A stretch of 62,780 bases of DNA, counting the filler, from Globobulimina sp. (Eukaryota), in NCBI GenBank assembly GCA_003354225.1. It is 48 parts of 48 records of this genome, joined end to end, with 100 filler letters (N's around TTAATTAATTAA, not from the genome) between each part and the next. Parts side by side here need not be neighbours in the genome. Positions count along the whole stretch, not along the records: positions 1 to 1,211 come from PIVH01020887.1; positions 1,312 to 2,522 come from PIVH01020888.1; positions 2,623 to 3,833 come from PIVH01020889.1; positions 3,934 to 5,144 come from PIVH01020890.1; positions 5,245 to 6,455 come from PIVH01020891.1; positions 6,556 to 7,766 come from PIVH01020892.1; positions 7,867 to 9,077 come from PIVH01020893.1; positions 9,178 to 10,388 come from PIVH01020894.1; 40 more parts are not named here. One strand, given 5' to 3'. A model generated the notes under the pieces. The model worked only from the letters and a program-made list of their open reading frames with translations. It ran no database searches and was not told the origin of the DNA. The position numbers were made by a program, and so were the translations under genes. This document shows, piece by piece, positions 1-11,800 of this stretch (position 1 is its first letter; each line of letters starts with the position of its first letter).

Positions 1-183
1 CAATGCGCAGCTTTGCCCCTAACTAATTTTTGAGCCGACCCTTATTCATTTAGATCCTTTTGGGGTAGATCGTCAACAAAAACCCCAATACAAAATTAAA
101 CTGATATTCGGAACCGTCCCTTTTCTACGTTACATCATTGCACTCGTCGACCCCATTCGGAAAGCGACGTGTTTATTGTTGAG

Positions 184-831
184 CTATTTAATAAAAATCT
201 TATCAAGCCGAAACCATTCTAATGCTAACCCGGATTGTCCGCTGACCTGCACCATTTTAGCAGCTACCTGTTCACCCGTTATGGGACGAAATCGCCTCAG
301 CCCGGGAATAAAGCATAAAAGGGGCAGCACCCAGCTGCCCAGTTTTTCACCCAGTCGAAAGTCTGCTCGCTGACCCAACAGTAGAGAAGGCTGAAATATG
401 CTGATACGCTCAAACGGTAATCGCTTAATTCCCTGTTCCAGTTCACCCTTCATCTTTAGATACGGATTATTGCTTTGATCACTCGCAGCACTGGACGAAA
501 CCAGAAGATAATGATGAACGCCCTTTTTTGCTGCCAGCTGCGCTGCTTTATACTGGTAATCATAGTCAACTTTGCGTTGGGCAGCAATGGAACCAGCCTG
601 CTGACGCGTAGTACCAAGACACGAGAACAAAACGTCTGCCACAAAGAATGAGGCATAGTTCTCTAAATGATCGAACACCACGACCTGATTGAAAACTTTT
701 GAAGATGCATGTTCGGCAGAACGACGCGTAAGTGTGATGATCTTACCGATATGATCCGCATCTGCCAGCTGATCAACCAGTGATTGACCAACCAACCCGG
801 TAGCACCAATTACAATGACTGTTTTTCCCAT
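184..831 (-). CDS. Atypical SDR / NAD(P)H-binding oxidoreductase, TIP30/CC3 (YraR-like) family, bacterial type
   Basis: GATGLVG Rossmann motif, SCLGTT, VDYDY, YLKMKG (YxxxK), FQPSLLLG. Complete, intronless, GC-richer than its flank. Confidence 0.9.
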   Translation of the reverse strand: MGKTVIVIGATGLVGQSLVDQLADADHIGKIITLTRRSAEHASSKVFNQVVVFDHLENYASFFVADVLFSCLGTTRQQAGSIAAQRKVDYDYQYKAAQLAAKKGVHHYLLVSSSAASDQSNNPYLKMKGELEQGIKRLPFERISIFQPSLLLGQRADFRLGEKLGSWVLPLLCFIPGLRRFRPITGEQVAAKMVQVSGQSGLALEWFRLDKIFIK

Positions 832-1040
832 AGTTTACCGACCTTAGTTTTTAAAAGTGTCTTTGGTCTGTCTCTCCGTTGTGAAGGTTCTATATAATCG
901 GTGACATACTCTTCATTGGGCTTGTTGAGATTTATTTTACAACAATCAATCTTTAACCCCAAATCCCACAAAAGAGTTGTTAGTTGTTGTTTTGCATTGA
1001 TTTGAAATTTTCCTTGCGTATCTGCAACAAGAAATAAAAA

Positions 1041-1211
1041 TTATTTAGCATAAAATAATGCCATACCTCCCATCATGTCAATTTCTACAGTTTCAAACCG
1101 ATTTGATAATTCTTCTCTCAATCCATCAAGACTATCCTCAAGATTTGAAAATGCTTTATTATCATTTGTTGTTTTCATCATAAAATTTGCAGCCCACCCC
1201 TTTGTCACATC
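1041..1211 (-). CDS. C-terminal fragment, probable class I SAM-dependent methyltransferase
   Basis: Manual translation DVTKGWAANFMMKTTNDNKAFSNLEDSLDGLREELSNRFETVEIDMMGGMALFYAK*, resembling the FSN.EDxxxGL...F..V....G..ALF tail of this family. Not in the ORF track. Confidence 0.55.
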   Translation of the reverse strand, partial: DVTKGWAANFMMKTTNDNKAFSNLEDSLDGLREELSNRFETVEIDMMGGMALFYAK

Positions 1212-1311
1212 NNNNNNNNNNNNNNNNNNNNNNNNNNNNNNNNNNNNNNNNNNNNTTAATTAATTAANNNNNNNNNNNNNNNNNNNNNNNNNNNNNNNNN
1301 NNNNNNNNNNN
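1212..1311. other. Artificial contig spacer (N44-TTAATTAATTAA-N44), first of 47 identical spacers about 1310 bp apart
   Basis: Identical 100-bp block repeats through the window. Contig lengths fall 1211, 1210, 1209 and sum with the spacers to exactly 62780. Confidence 0.99.
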
Positions 1312-1909
1312 AATGTTAATTGTGTTCTGCGGTACAAATGGTTTGGTTTTTGTCTATGTTTGTAAAAAAAATAAAAATGTGCAAGTATATCATGATAACA
1401 ATGAAGAATTGCCATCTAATAACATTTGATTTAAATCTATTTGTATTAATTTTACTTACTTATAATTATTTTTCCCTAATCTTCTTTTATCTCATTTATT
1501 AATTAATATGTTATTAATTCGTTATTTAGTTACTTTTCTTTTCTTTATTACCTATTTTTACTCACAAGAAATATCTAGAAAAAGTGCAAGCAAACAGAAC
1601 AAAATATTCTTATATATATGTAAGTTGAGACAAAAAATCTGAGACTACCTCAATTTTTCGTATATACACTAACAATCAACAAAATTAAACTAAACTACAA
1701 TTCACCAAACATACGAATTATTGCAAGTTACTTTTTTTTTCATCATCACTCATTACATTCTGCGTCGATTTGACATGATGCTCCAACATATGTATGTATT
1801 GTGCCTTTCGCGATGCAAATATCAATGTCAGTAAATAATTTATTTTTACATTCGTGTCTTTGAGTGTAGTGTTTTTTTTTCTAGTCTAGCTTTTATTAAT
1901 TTATTTTTT

Positions 1910-2522
1910 CTAGTCTTTAATTTTATTTTTCCTTTCCATCATAACGTTCCATTTAGCATACACGCCTTGTCTAAATGTCTCAAAATCGGGTCGAAAGCCA
2001 AAACATATAAAATCCTGCTTATAATAATGTGCTATTTTATGGTACAAATCATAACTATCGGCCACCGCTTTAAACGCAGGCAACACGTCGCCATCCTCAT
2101 ACTCACTGAGTCCCATTATTTGAGCATAATCGGGGTTCTCTTTTATCCCTTTTATTCCATACGATTTCATGCGCGCATATTCTTTTTGTGGATAGGAACC
2201 CAACAGCTCACTGTCACAAAATTCATACAATTTATGCCAATGCTCCTTCAATGCATGCAGCCGCCCAATAAAATGTATATCATTCTGTGAGATGGACAGG
2301 ATTCCAGTTTGCGACATGATATGTTCCAATGGCGACATTTCCACAAAAATGTAATCAAATTCCATCAAATCCTCCACAAACTGCCTTTGCTTAAAAGTAG
2401 TTATATTTATTTATTCCAATGCCTTTGCTTAAAAACTTCATCTGAGTCTCGGCGGGATTTGCCCATGGTCCATACTCCATAATTTTGCCTACTCTGATAC
2501 CAATAATATAACTCCATAAACG
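1910..2522 (-). CDS. Sulfotransferase family 2 (carbohydrate sulfotransferase-like), C-terminal part
   Basis: HIMSQ, HFIGRL and terminal YYKQDFICFGF motifs. The frame is interrupted near 2385-2422. Confidence 0.65.
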
Positions 2523-2623
2523 NNNNNNNNNNNNNNNNNNNNNNNNNNNNNNNNNNNNNNNNNNNNTTAATTAATTAANNNNNNNNNNNNNNNNNNNNNN
2601 NNNNNNNNNNNNNNNNNNNNNNA

Positions 2624-3833
2624 TTAATAAAAGATGCTGATGATACAAAATCTGATGCTGATGATACAAAGTCTGATGTGCTGAGTTTTAAGTATTCGGA
2701 AGTTCGGTTATTCCCTGGTTTGGATATAAAGAAACATTTTACAGAGCAGAGGGAAATCGTATTATTATTTGATGAAAATGATGTTTTTAAGGTGACCAAC
2801 TTCAAAAATTCCCAATGCGAAGTTTATGTGACATTGCGGGACGTTTTTAGTTTATTTTCAACATCTTCCAACAATGCAACATTGGAACAGTTTTCATTCT
2901 TATTATATTGGGACGATTTGTCACCAGATAAAAAATTAAAAAAATTAAATAATTTCTTCTGCCACGAAACAAATTTTTATTTGTATTGCAAATACAGAGC
3001 ATTTTTTGATGAACAAATCCTTCCATTTTTACAAAATAAGATTGAAAAATCTTTTATGGATTACTTTTTATTAAACGATGTGGCGAAATTGTGGGAGTTT
3101 TCCAGTTTCGGCGAGTTTCATAAATTAAATGCTTTGGAACAAATATTGTTAGCATATACATTTAAAAAGGACGAGGATAAAAGTTATATCACTTCACGAA
3201 TATTAAATTATTTCCGCGAGAAAAATAAATCTCAGAAAATAAGCCCATCGCAGTTACAAGAAATATTTAAAACTGCCTTAGCTGACCGACATTATGCAGA
3301 TGCAATGCGGAAAATGGCCGAGGAACAAAAAGAAGAAAGAAAAACGCGTTCAGAAAATTTAAGTCGTAGACAACGAGCACACCAACACTCAGATTTATTA
3401 GTTTCGTCGACGAGCAATTTTGATGCTAGATTTTTAAACGAATCAGTCGTTGATTCTAATATTAATGTTGCACCACAACAACAAATGTTATATGATCAAA
3501 TGGCTCAACAACAACAACAATATCAATATCAAGTGGCTCAACAACAAATGGCTCAACAACCACAACAATATCAAATGGCTCAACAACAACAAATGGCTCA
3601 AATGGCTCAATTTAATCATCAACAAAGAAGAATGGGACAACAAAGAAAGCCGCCACAGCGCCCACAGCGTCATAGTAGGAGACGTTCAATCACTTCTTCC
3701 GCATTGTCAGCAAGACTCAACTCAGTGCAAAGCGCATACAATGCAGCACCAATATCGTATGCATCGTTCCCTACAATAGTGACGTATTTCATTCTCGGCG
3801 ATGAGCTGCCGTCATTTGCCAGGTTTGAAAGAG
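2624..3833 (+). CDS. Internal fragment of a large uncharacterised protein with a Q-rich tract
   Basis: Open frame across the whole contig with CHETNFYLY, FLQNKIEKSFMDYFLL and LNALEQILL blocks. 21-bp DADDTKS tandem at the start, QQQMAQ repeats at 3470-3640. Confidence 0.7.
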
Positions 3834-4130
3834 NNNNNNNNNNNNNNNNNNNNNNNNNNNNNNNNNNNNNNNNNNNNTTAATTAATTAANNNNNNNNNNN
3901 NNNNNNNNNNNNNNNNNNNNNNNNNNNNNNNNNACAAATTATTGATGACGGTGATATTGAATTTGATGAACAATATATTAGATAAGTTTATTTGGTATTA
4001 AACTAATTTTTTAAGATTTTTATAATTTTAAAAAATAATAATTATTTTTTTGGAATACGAGATCACATTATTTTTAAACGAGAAGAATTCCATAATTTAA
4101 ATATTACATAATTATATAAAAACATAAAAT

Positions 4131-5144
4131 ATGTTCCCATACATTACGATTACATATAAAGAGTTTAAGAAAATATTTAGAATGAAGCGTATAATTTATC
4201 TTAGAGCATTTATATGGATGTGTATAATATTAGCAATTGCATATCTTTTATATATATTATATATGTTCATTTATCAGCGAACAATTGATTTTGTTGCATT
4301 CTGGGAATTTGGTGGATATTTGAACTGGATTACGTTTATGCTTGTTATTTCTGTGTATTTTATCATAACATTAATAGAAACTATATTTTCACCATTGCCA
4401 AAACTTGTTAGCGGCGAAAAGGATTATGAGTTCATTAGTGAAATAGCAGTTCTAATCACATGCCATAATTCGGAGGATGTTTTGTCGCACACACTTGAAA
4501 GCGCGCTATGTACGTTTTCGCCAGAACAAATATATATTGCTGATAATAATAATTCGGCCGAACCATTAAATGCAAAGACGCACGATATATGTGATAAATA
4601 TAACGTAAATTATTTATATTTTCCAACTGGAAATAAGGGTAATGCAATGAAAAAATCACTTGATATAATCGATGAAAAATATAAATATATATTAACGTTG
4701 GATGATGATACATTATTAGGCGCTAAGTTTTCGCCAGATAAATCGTTTTTTAATAACAAAAAGGTATCATCGATAGGCTTTGGCATTAAAATGAAAGATA
4801 AAAATACATTTGCTGAGCGAGCAGCGGATTTTGAATATAAGCTTAATTCAATACATGATTATAATAAAAACTCAACAACGTGTTTATTTATTGTTGGTAT
4901 TGCTGGCTTATGGAGGCGTAAAATATTTACTGAAATTATAAAGCTTAATCCAGCGGCAACTAAAGCAACATTTCTGGGTGTAGATGCCGGTTACGAAGAA
5001 CCTGGCGCCGAAGATACATTTAATGGGATTATTAATAGATTACTCGGATATAAGCATAAAATGGATTTAACTAATTTCGTAGAATCATACGCACCACCAA
5101 ACTTTTATTATGGATATTGTGACATATTTTGTGATAATAATGAT
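4131..5144 (+). CDS. Membrane-bound family 2 glycosyltransferase, 3' truncated
   Basis: Two N-terminal TM helices, LITCHNS, IADN, GNKGNA, LDDDT (DxD), GIAGLWRR, AEDT. Intronless. Confidence 0.85.
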
Positions 5145-5695
5145 NNNNNNNNNNNNNNNNNNNNNNNNNNNNNNNNNNNNNNNNNNNNTTAATTAATTAA
5201 NNNNNNNNNNNNNNNNNNNNNNNNNNNNNNNNNNNNNNNNNNNNTTTATATTTGTTTGAAATGAAGTAACTGTTCGTGTACTTAATTCTGTATCACGACG
5301 ACTTGATGGTTGAGCAACATTGTCATCATTTTTATTTAGCACTTCAGTCATAATACGATCTAATTTCATTTGGGTGCTCCCAGAAATGGTTGGTTCTATG
5401 AACTCAGGTGTACATATTCCGGGATTGGGAACATTATCTTTCTCAGAGTTATTACAATCAGTTTCAGTTTGTTTACTGTCTGTTGCATGCAAATTATTTA
5501 CTGATGGATCATTTTGTTCCTATTCAATATTTTATTATAGGTACATACATTCGGAATATATAAAAAATAAAAACAAATATAAGTGTGTACATATTAACTT
5601 GTGTATGATAGTCACCAAAGTCAGCAGAAATAGGTACTGCTGAAATTGATATCTTTTCAGTCGATGTTTCACTGCAAATAAATAAAACATATAAT

Positions 5696-6455
5696 TTAAA
5701 TTAGATAAAACTGGAGAAAATAACAGAAAATAACAGAAAATAACAGAAAATAACATAACTTGTCCACCATTTTTAAAGCTTGAATGTTTTGTAATTGAGA
5801 TCTATATTTATCTAAACTTGCGAAATAAAAATAAAGCAAAAAAAAAGCAACTATCAATGCGCAGAATATGATCGAAAAAACGCCAATCACCAAATCTTAT
5901 CAGTTTATAAAGGAAAAACATATAATAATAATTCTATACAAAGTGTATTTATATTAACATACGAAGCGTATTGAGGCGAAATGGCTCAGATGGCGCACTG
6001 TAAAACTGTGCAATTAACGAGATCTCATCTATAAAACATGATTTCTGAGTTCTAGTTTTGGCTCTATTTACAAATTGCAGGTCTATGGATTCATAATATT
6101 CATTGTTGTGGGAAGCAGAAGCTGCCAATTCAAATGATTGTGACGCCAATTTATTGTTGAAATCGGTTGTTACATCATACAAATACGATGCTAAAAGCTT
6201 CCAATTTTGATCATGAGCGGATCCGGATGTATTGGTATTAATTTTGTTTTTGTTTATTTTGTAATATATACAACAATAATCATCGATATCCGTATCATGG
6301 CCTGTGCTGTTTGCACCACTTTGACTTATTGTTATGCCAAATAAAAGAGTAAAATTTAAATAATTGCGAGTTGCTATGGAGGTTTTAATGGATGATTGTG
6401 AGTCAATTTGTACACATTTCCTGCTGGTTGGGCAGTAATTTGAATCAGTTGGATT
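5696..6455 (-). CDS. Single-pass membrane protein, 5' truncated, one intron at 5896-5962
   Basis: Open frame from the contig end. Removing the 67-nt GTATGT..TAAG intron joins NTL-H-LVIGVFSIIFCALIVAFFLLYFYF (TM helix) in frame. Confidence 0.65.
5716..5756. repeat. 10-bp tandem repeat (GAAAATAACA) x4
   Basis: Directly visible. Confidence 0.85.
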
Positions 6456-6674
6456 NNNNNNNNNNNNNNNNNNNNNNNNNNNNNNNNNNNNNNNNNNNNT
6501 TAATTAATTAANNNNNNNNNNNNNNNNNNNNNNNNNNNNNNNNNNNNNNNNNNNNTTTCAAAGCGTTTCAGTTTCAGTGAAGATATCATCATAACAAAAG
6601 TGATATTTATGTCGACTATATGAACACACAAATTATACATAATAATTAACACACAATCATCACTCATCAGCAAA

Positions 6675-7637
6675 TTACAACACATTACTTTCGTTACTTT
6701 CTGCATCATCATCCTCCCTATCTTTGGCTGGTATTCTGTTCTGTTTTTTCGATATCATTTTAAATAAACAGATTTTACATTTTTCATCACAAAACGCACA
6801 ATATTTCATATACTGACTAGTAAACGGTCCGTATGTTAACATTACACAAATAAAATTGGTATAAATATCCAATAACACTATCAAAGCACCAATAAAATCG
6901 TCAAAATATGAATCTTCATCATATGTTACATATGAAATCAATGGATTTAAGAGCGAGAATGAAAATGATATTAACACCAAAATGGTAGTTTTTGTTATGA
7001 TGCATAAAATGCGATTGTCTCGATTGAGTTCATTATTGTCATCAAATTGTTTGGCATCTTTGAAAATTTTGAATAATTTATAAATGAATAAATACGACAA
7101 CATAAAGGAAAATGCGGCATACAAAACAAAAACAATTACTCCATTTGCTGCTGAAAGACTTAATCCGATAAACACGGCAATCAACATCAAAAATGGTAAC
7201 ACAATGAATAATATTATAAAAAATATCAATGTATATTTTGATAGTGAATATTTGCTCGTTTTGAACACAAAATGTAATTTAATAAACATGACCAGCCATA
7301 GTAAATATATTTGAACTATAAAATATAAAATCACTGCAATAAAAGCTAAGTAAAACGTCCATTTTACAGTATTCCATGAATCATAGCATGGATCTATCAT
7401 CACCAATGGCCACAGTAATAATAAAATGCATGATATGATATAAAATGTTATTTGTGAACAGAATAAACATTTTGGAGTTTTTCTAGTTTTCTGATTAAAT
7501 TTCTGTTTTCGCCTTTCATTTTGGACATATTTGATTGTAAAATACAATGCTGAAATAAATAACATAATATTGAGAACTGTTGCAATCCAGGTGCTAATTG
7601 CAAATCCTATCCCGCAGTGCTTTACGTAGAAAAACAT
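6675..7637 (-). CDS. Orphan seven-TM (GPCR-like topology) membrane protein
   Basis: 320 aa with about 7 hydrophobic segments and a Cys-containing C-tail (YMKYCAFCDEKC). Intronless. Confidence 0.7.
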   Translation of the reverse strand: MFFYVKHCGIGFAISTWIATVLNIMLFISALYFTIKYVQNERRKQKFNQKTRKTPKCLFCSQITFYIISCILLLLWPLVMIDPCYDSWNTVKWTFYLAFIAVILYFIVQIYLLWLVMFIKLHFVFKTSKYSLSKYTLIFFIILFIVLPFLMLIAVFIGLSLSAANGVIVFVLYAAFSFMLSYLFIYKLFKIFKDAKQFDDNNELNRDNRILCIITKTTILVLISFSFSLLNPLISYVTYDEDSYFDDFIGALIVLLDIYTNFICVMLTYGPFTSQYMKYCAFCDEKCKICLFKMISKKQNRIPAKDREDDDAESNESNVL

Positions 7638-8154
7638 GGTGTAGCTAGTTATATCATCACTTGGCTGTTTTCTTAAGTTCGAAAATTAACCTCTTCTACA
7701 AACCAACACTACAAACTTCTTCTATATTTATATTAAGCTTCAAACGATTATACAAGCAATCTTTAANNNNNNNNNNNNNNNNNNNNNNNNNNNNNNNNNN
7801 NNNNNNNNNNTTAATTAATTAANNNNNNNNNNNNNNNNNNNNNNNNNNNNNNNNNNNNNNNNNNNNTTTTCGAAATTGCGAGAATTTTATCAATTTTTAC
7901 GTTATAGGGCAATAAAATGCCAATAATACAACGCAAAAATACATAGACGTCGCACGACTCCTATGGTTTTCTGAGCATTCAGGTTTTCGAGCTGATTCAC
8001 AGTATTCAAGGATTCAAGGATTCAGATTCAAGGATTCGAAAAACCTTAAGATTCACCGAGTCAATTCAAGGGATCAGTGTTCATCACTGGTCAGCAGCAC
8101 ATTTTTGTTTATTTAACTGAGAAAATGATAAGATCTGACTGTAAGATCAACAAC

Positions 8155-8246
8155 AAAATAAAAACATTAAAAGTCAAAATTGAATTCTTAAAAGTTGTGT
8201 TTCATCGGGAACCATTAACATTTTATTATTAACCTATTTTCCTTCC
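8155..8246 (-). mobile_element. Partial copy of a ~170-bp MITE family (one TIR plus internal part)
   Basis: Near-identical, in reverse complement, to 40428-40525 and the start of 60263-60424. Confidence 0.85.
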
Positions 8247-8375
8247 AATAAAGTTTTTAATGTCGGGCATTTAATGTTGACATGAAAAAAGCTTTGTGGA
8301 TTTATTTTTTTTGCTCCACCCTGCTGTTTCACAAGTAAGAAAACTCCACAATTCTGTTCCGCAAAAAATGAGCCC

Positions 8376-8479
8376 ATTTTCATTTTCATTTTCATTTTTC
8401 ATTTCATTTTCATTTCATTTCATTTTCATTTCATTTTCATTTTCATTTTCATTTCATTTTTCATTTCATTTTCATTTCA
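8376..8479. repeat. (CATTT/CATTTT)n microsatellite
   Basis: Directly visible. Confidence 0.95.
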
Positions 8480-8689
8480 ACGGCAAAATGGCAAGGAACA
8501 GAAACAGTAAAAGAAACTGCCTGACCAACTTGAAAAAAACATTTTGCGGAGCTGTATATATTATCCGCATTGTGTTTCCTCACTTGTAAAAACTGTTCCG
8601 CAAAATCACGACTTTGCACTTTGACTTTTCCGCAATGATTGTTCCATAAAACATAGCAAAAACTCCGCAACTATGTTCCGCAAAAATAG

Positions 8690-9077
8690 TGCCATCATAT
8701 TAACTGCAAATAAAATTTCACATTTACATAAATCAATAAAAATATGTGAGCAGCACAGTAATAAATGGAACCCCATACTTAGGTGCCATGCTGTGCAGTT
8801 ATGACGACGTCAACTTAGTCTCCACTCAGTACACAAATAAGCATTTTTTAAAAAAACTTGATAACAAAGCGCGTTTCCTGACGGCCCTGGATTTCAACCA
8901 TAAATTTATATCTTTGGATGATAAAATAAGAATATTGAAAACATTTTATTTAGTATATACGGAGATATTTGCGCAGATATTGGACAGTGACACAATTAAT
9001 TTAAAAGACGCCAATCAAAAACAATTAAATACCATTAAAACTCAAACAAATATCTCAAACTTTGTCCCTAAACAACT
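8690..9077 (+). pseudogene. Degenerate, internally deleted non-LTR retrotransposon RT fragment
   Basis: IILTANKISHLHKSIKICEQHSNKWN resembles the helix after YADD. It jumps with a frameshift to PYLGAML...ISLDDKIRILKTFY, resembling the YLG and thumb region. Confidence 0.55.
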
Positions 9078-9177
9078 NNNNNNNNNNNNNNNNNNNNNNN
9101 NNNNNNNNNNNNNNNNNNNNNTTAATTAATTAANNNNNNNNNNNNNNNNNNNNNNNNNNNNNNNNNNNNNNNNNNNN

Positions 9178-9970
9178 CCCCACACCGGACTCACTATACA
9201 ATCCTCTCAATTTAATGAACATATCATATTTGTTGTTTTCCCGCCTTAGTTTCATACGCATTTTGAATACAAAATCTTCCCAATCAAATGACGAGGATAG
9301 CTTTTTAAAATATATGTTTGATGCATCAGTGTCTAATGACGGCAAAGTAAAATGTAATGCTGCCATATCCTCACAATTTTGAACCATTTGTTTGTATTTT
9401 TTATTTTCTTCAACTATTTTTAATACATTATCCAGATCCAAATTTTGTTTGCAATGGATTTTATGCTTACTTTCATTTTTTAAAATACCACTCCATTGGC
9501 AACCTAATGTATGATATCGACATTTAATAACACAAAAGCCACATTCACTCGAAATATGTTGTTCCAATCTGCTAAAAACTATCCATTCGTCACAGCCATT
9601 ATTAGTACATGGCACTTCCCGTAATTCTAAGGCTCTCTCAGCCAATCTATTTCTAATTCTTGTTGTCAATTTTACTCTGCATAATGGACATTTGTTTAAT
9701 TTTGGATAACAATTTGAACAAATTAAATGGCCTTCAGTACATTGAAAATACTGTTTCCCCAATTCTTTGCATGCAGTGCATTCTGAGTATTAGTGTAAGA
9801 TATTCATTGCATGCATATGCATGAACAGAGCTAATGCAATACAAACCATATTCAACTAAATCAAGTTGATTGGGAGATAATCTTCTTCGTTTTGTTGATG
9901 GTTCATTGCTATTATAATTATTTGAATTTGTATCATCAGGATTTTTCCGTTTGCGACATTCATGGCTCAT
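9178..9970 (-). CDS. RING plus TRAF/SINA-type zinc-finger protein (CYHR1/ZFTRAF1- or SIAH-like), 3' truncated, intron 9783-9846
   Basis: Splicing restores ECTAC...FQCTEGHLICSNC...CPLCR (C3HC4), followed by RNRLAE, CTNNGC, HISSEC and CRYHTLGCQW. Confidence 0.85.
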
Positions 9971-10141
9971 TATATTAAAGATGACTAGTACAGATTAAGA
10001 TTAAAACTACACTTAAACCGTCTGAAACGTACATGTCGTCGTTTAACCTGTTGAACGAATCTATTCCATCACAAAAACTTAAATTCCGTGGTGATACCTT
10101 GTCTCAACGTACGTCAAATTATCCAACTAATTGTTGTTTCA

Positions 10142-10388
10142 ATGATTTTATTCAAACGCACAATACGTACAGCTAGGTCAACGCAACTAAAATTGAGAAA
10201 AATAGAGTTTGAACAAAAACAAGAAAGACGCAAGCTAACATTGCTCAAACATCCATTGAAAGTTCTCTTATTATTTTCAGGCGTAGTCCACGAATATTTA
10301 ACATCCTTATTTAAACAAATAATGTCAAGCCCACTTATTCTCATCATAATAATGCCAATTTTATTTATAATTTCTTGTCATTGGCTGA
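10142..10388 (+). CDS. VMP1: Vacuole membrane protein 1-like, N-terminus
   Basis: ERRKLTLLKHPLKVLLLF followed by a TM helix matches the VMP1/TMEM49 N-terminal motif. Confidence 0.6.
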
Positions 10389-10488
10389 NNNNNNNNNNNN
10401 NNNNNNNNNNNNNNNNNNNNNNNNNNNNNNNNTTAATTAATTAANNNNNNNNNNNNNNNNNNNNNNNNNNNNNNNNNNNNNNNNNNNN

Positions 10489-11699
10489 TATTTGTTTAAA
10501 GTGTCCATGTTATCCAATACTGTTAAGTTTAATATGCGTTTGAGTTTATTTCGGCAGCCATAATAAAGACCCGTTTTTTTGACTGGATACGCGAATGCAT
10601 TGCTAGCGGGGGCATGGCCGCAATAATTTGTATCAACATATTCTGGCACATTATCTGCGATGGTAATGGTTAACGGGTAGTTATTAAACGCCACTTTTCG
10701 GGCCATTTGCTCATTAAAGGTCAGGCCTAATTGGTCCATTGTGCCTAATTCATTCCATACGATGGGCGCGCCATTGATTTGCAAGTTCTCAATGCATGAC
10801 AAGGCATATGAATGATAGTAGGTAATCAGGGTATGTTCACTCGGCGCATTCCCCAAACCAGGAATGCCTTTGAATCTATCTTCATATTGCGGTCGGACGG
10901 TGGCACAGCCTTTGCATTTCGCGGTTAAATGGCCACATTTATGTTGTATTGGCACTTTATGTAATTTGTTCAAAGTACGTGTGATGGCGTCATTCTTTTT
11001 GCCATCTCTGACCATATCAGATTCAATTTTGGTCCGTAATTCGTTTAATGCTGCTTCATAATGGTCGCATTTATTCGGTTTAAGGCAGAAATACGATGGC
11101 TCAAAGTGGCATTTATTCGATAAATGTAAATGCATTGTGGCCAATGCCACTGTGTCTTTGTCGTAGGTCTCGGTGATATGTATTTCTGTGCCAAGGACAA
11201 CCATGGAATTGGATAATAGGGCTTTGTTAGCATAAAATGGAGGTTGTTATTCAAGTCCGAGGCAGGAACACCGGTCAATAAGTAACGCGGGGTGTTCTTG
11301 AATGAAAATTTGAATGCATGATCATACGAATGCACTTGATAAGGATGTGCATAATTTATTATATGGATATCGGGTTCGATGGGCGCTAAGTTGTTAAGAA
11401 TGTAGTCGACCTCTTTTCTATTCAAATAAGGAGATAAATGGTGTAAATCCAACAGGTTTCCGCGTAAAAGCGAGTGTTTGGTGGAACAATACCAAGATTT
11501 CTCCAAAATGGGGTCGCGGGTCCGTCACTACGTATCCTAATACATCCCACATATATGCTAAGTCAATGGTGTGTGCCTGATATTTGTTTAAAGTGTCCAT
11601 GTTATCCAATACTGTTAAGTTTAATATGCGTTTGAGTTTATTTCGGCAGCCATAATAAAGACCCGTTTTTTTGACTGGATACGCGAATGCATTGCTAGC
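10489..11699 (-). other. Contig with an exact 119-bp terminal direct repeat (1092-bp unit) carrying frameshifted intronless ORFs of unknown function
   Basis: 10489-10607 equals 11581-11699. ORF segments at 10489-11204, 11045-11506 and 11418-11699. Confidence 0.85.
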
Positions 11700-11800
11700 N
11701 NNNNNNNNNNNNNNNNNNNNNNNNNNNNNNNNNNNNNNNNNNNTTAATTAATTAANNNNNNNNNNNNNNNNNNNNNNNNNNNNNNNNNNNNNNNNNNNNT

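Noticed and set aside
8296-8670. Phe/Ser-rich ORFs
   Set aside because: Produced by the CATTT microsatellite and neighbouring repeats.
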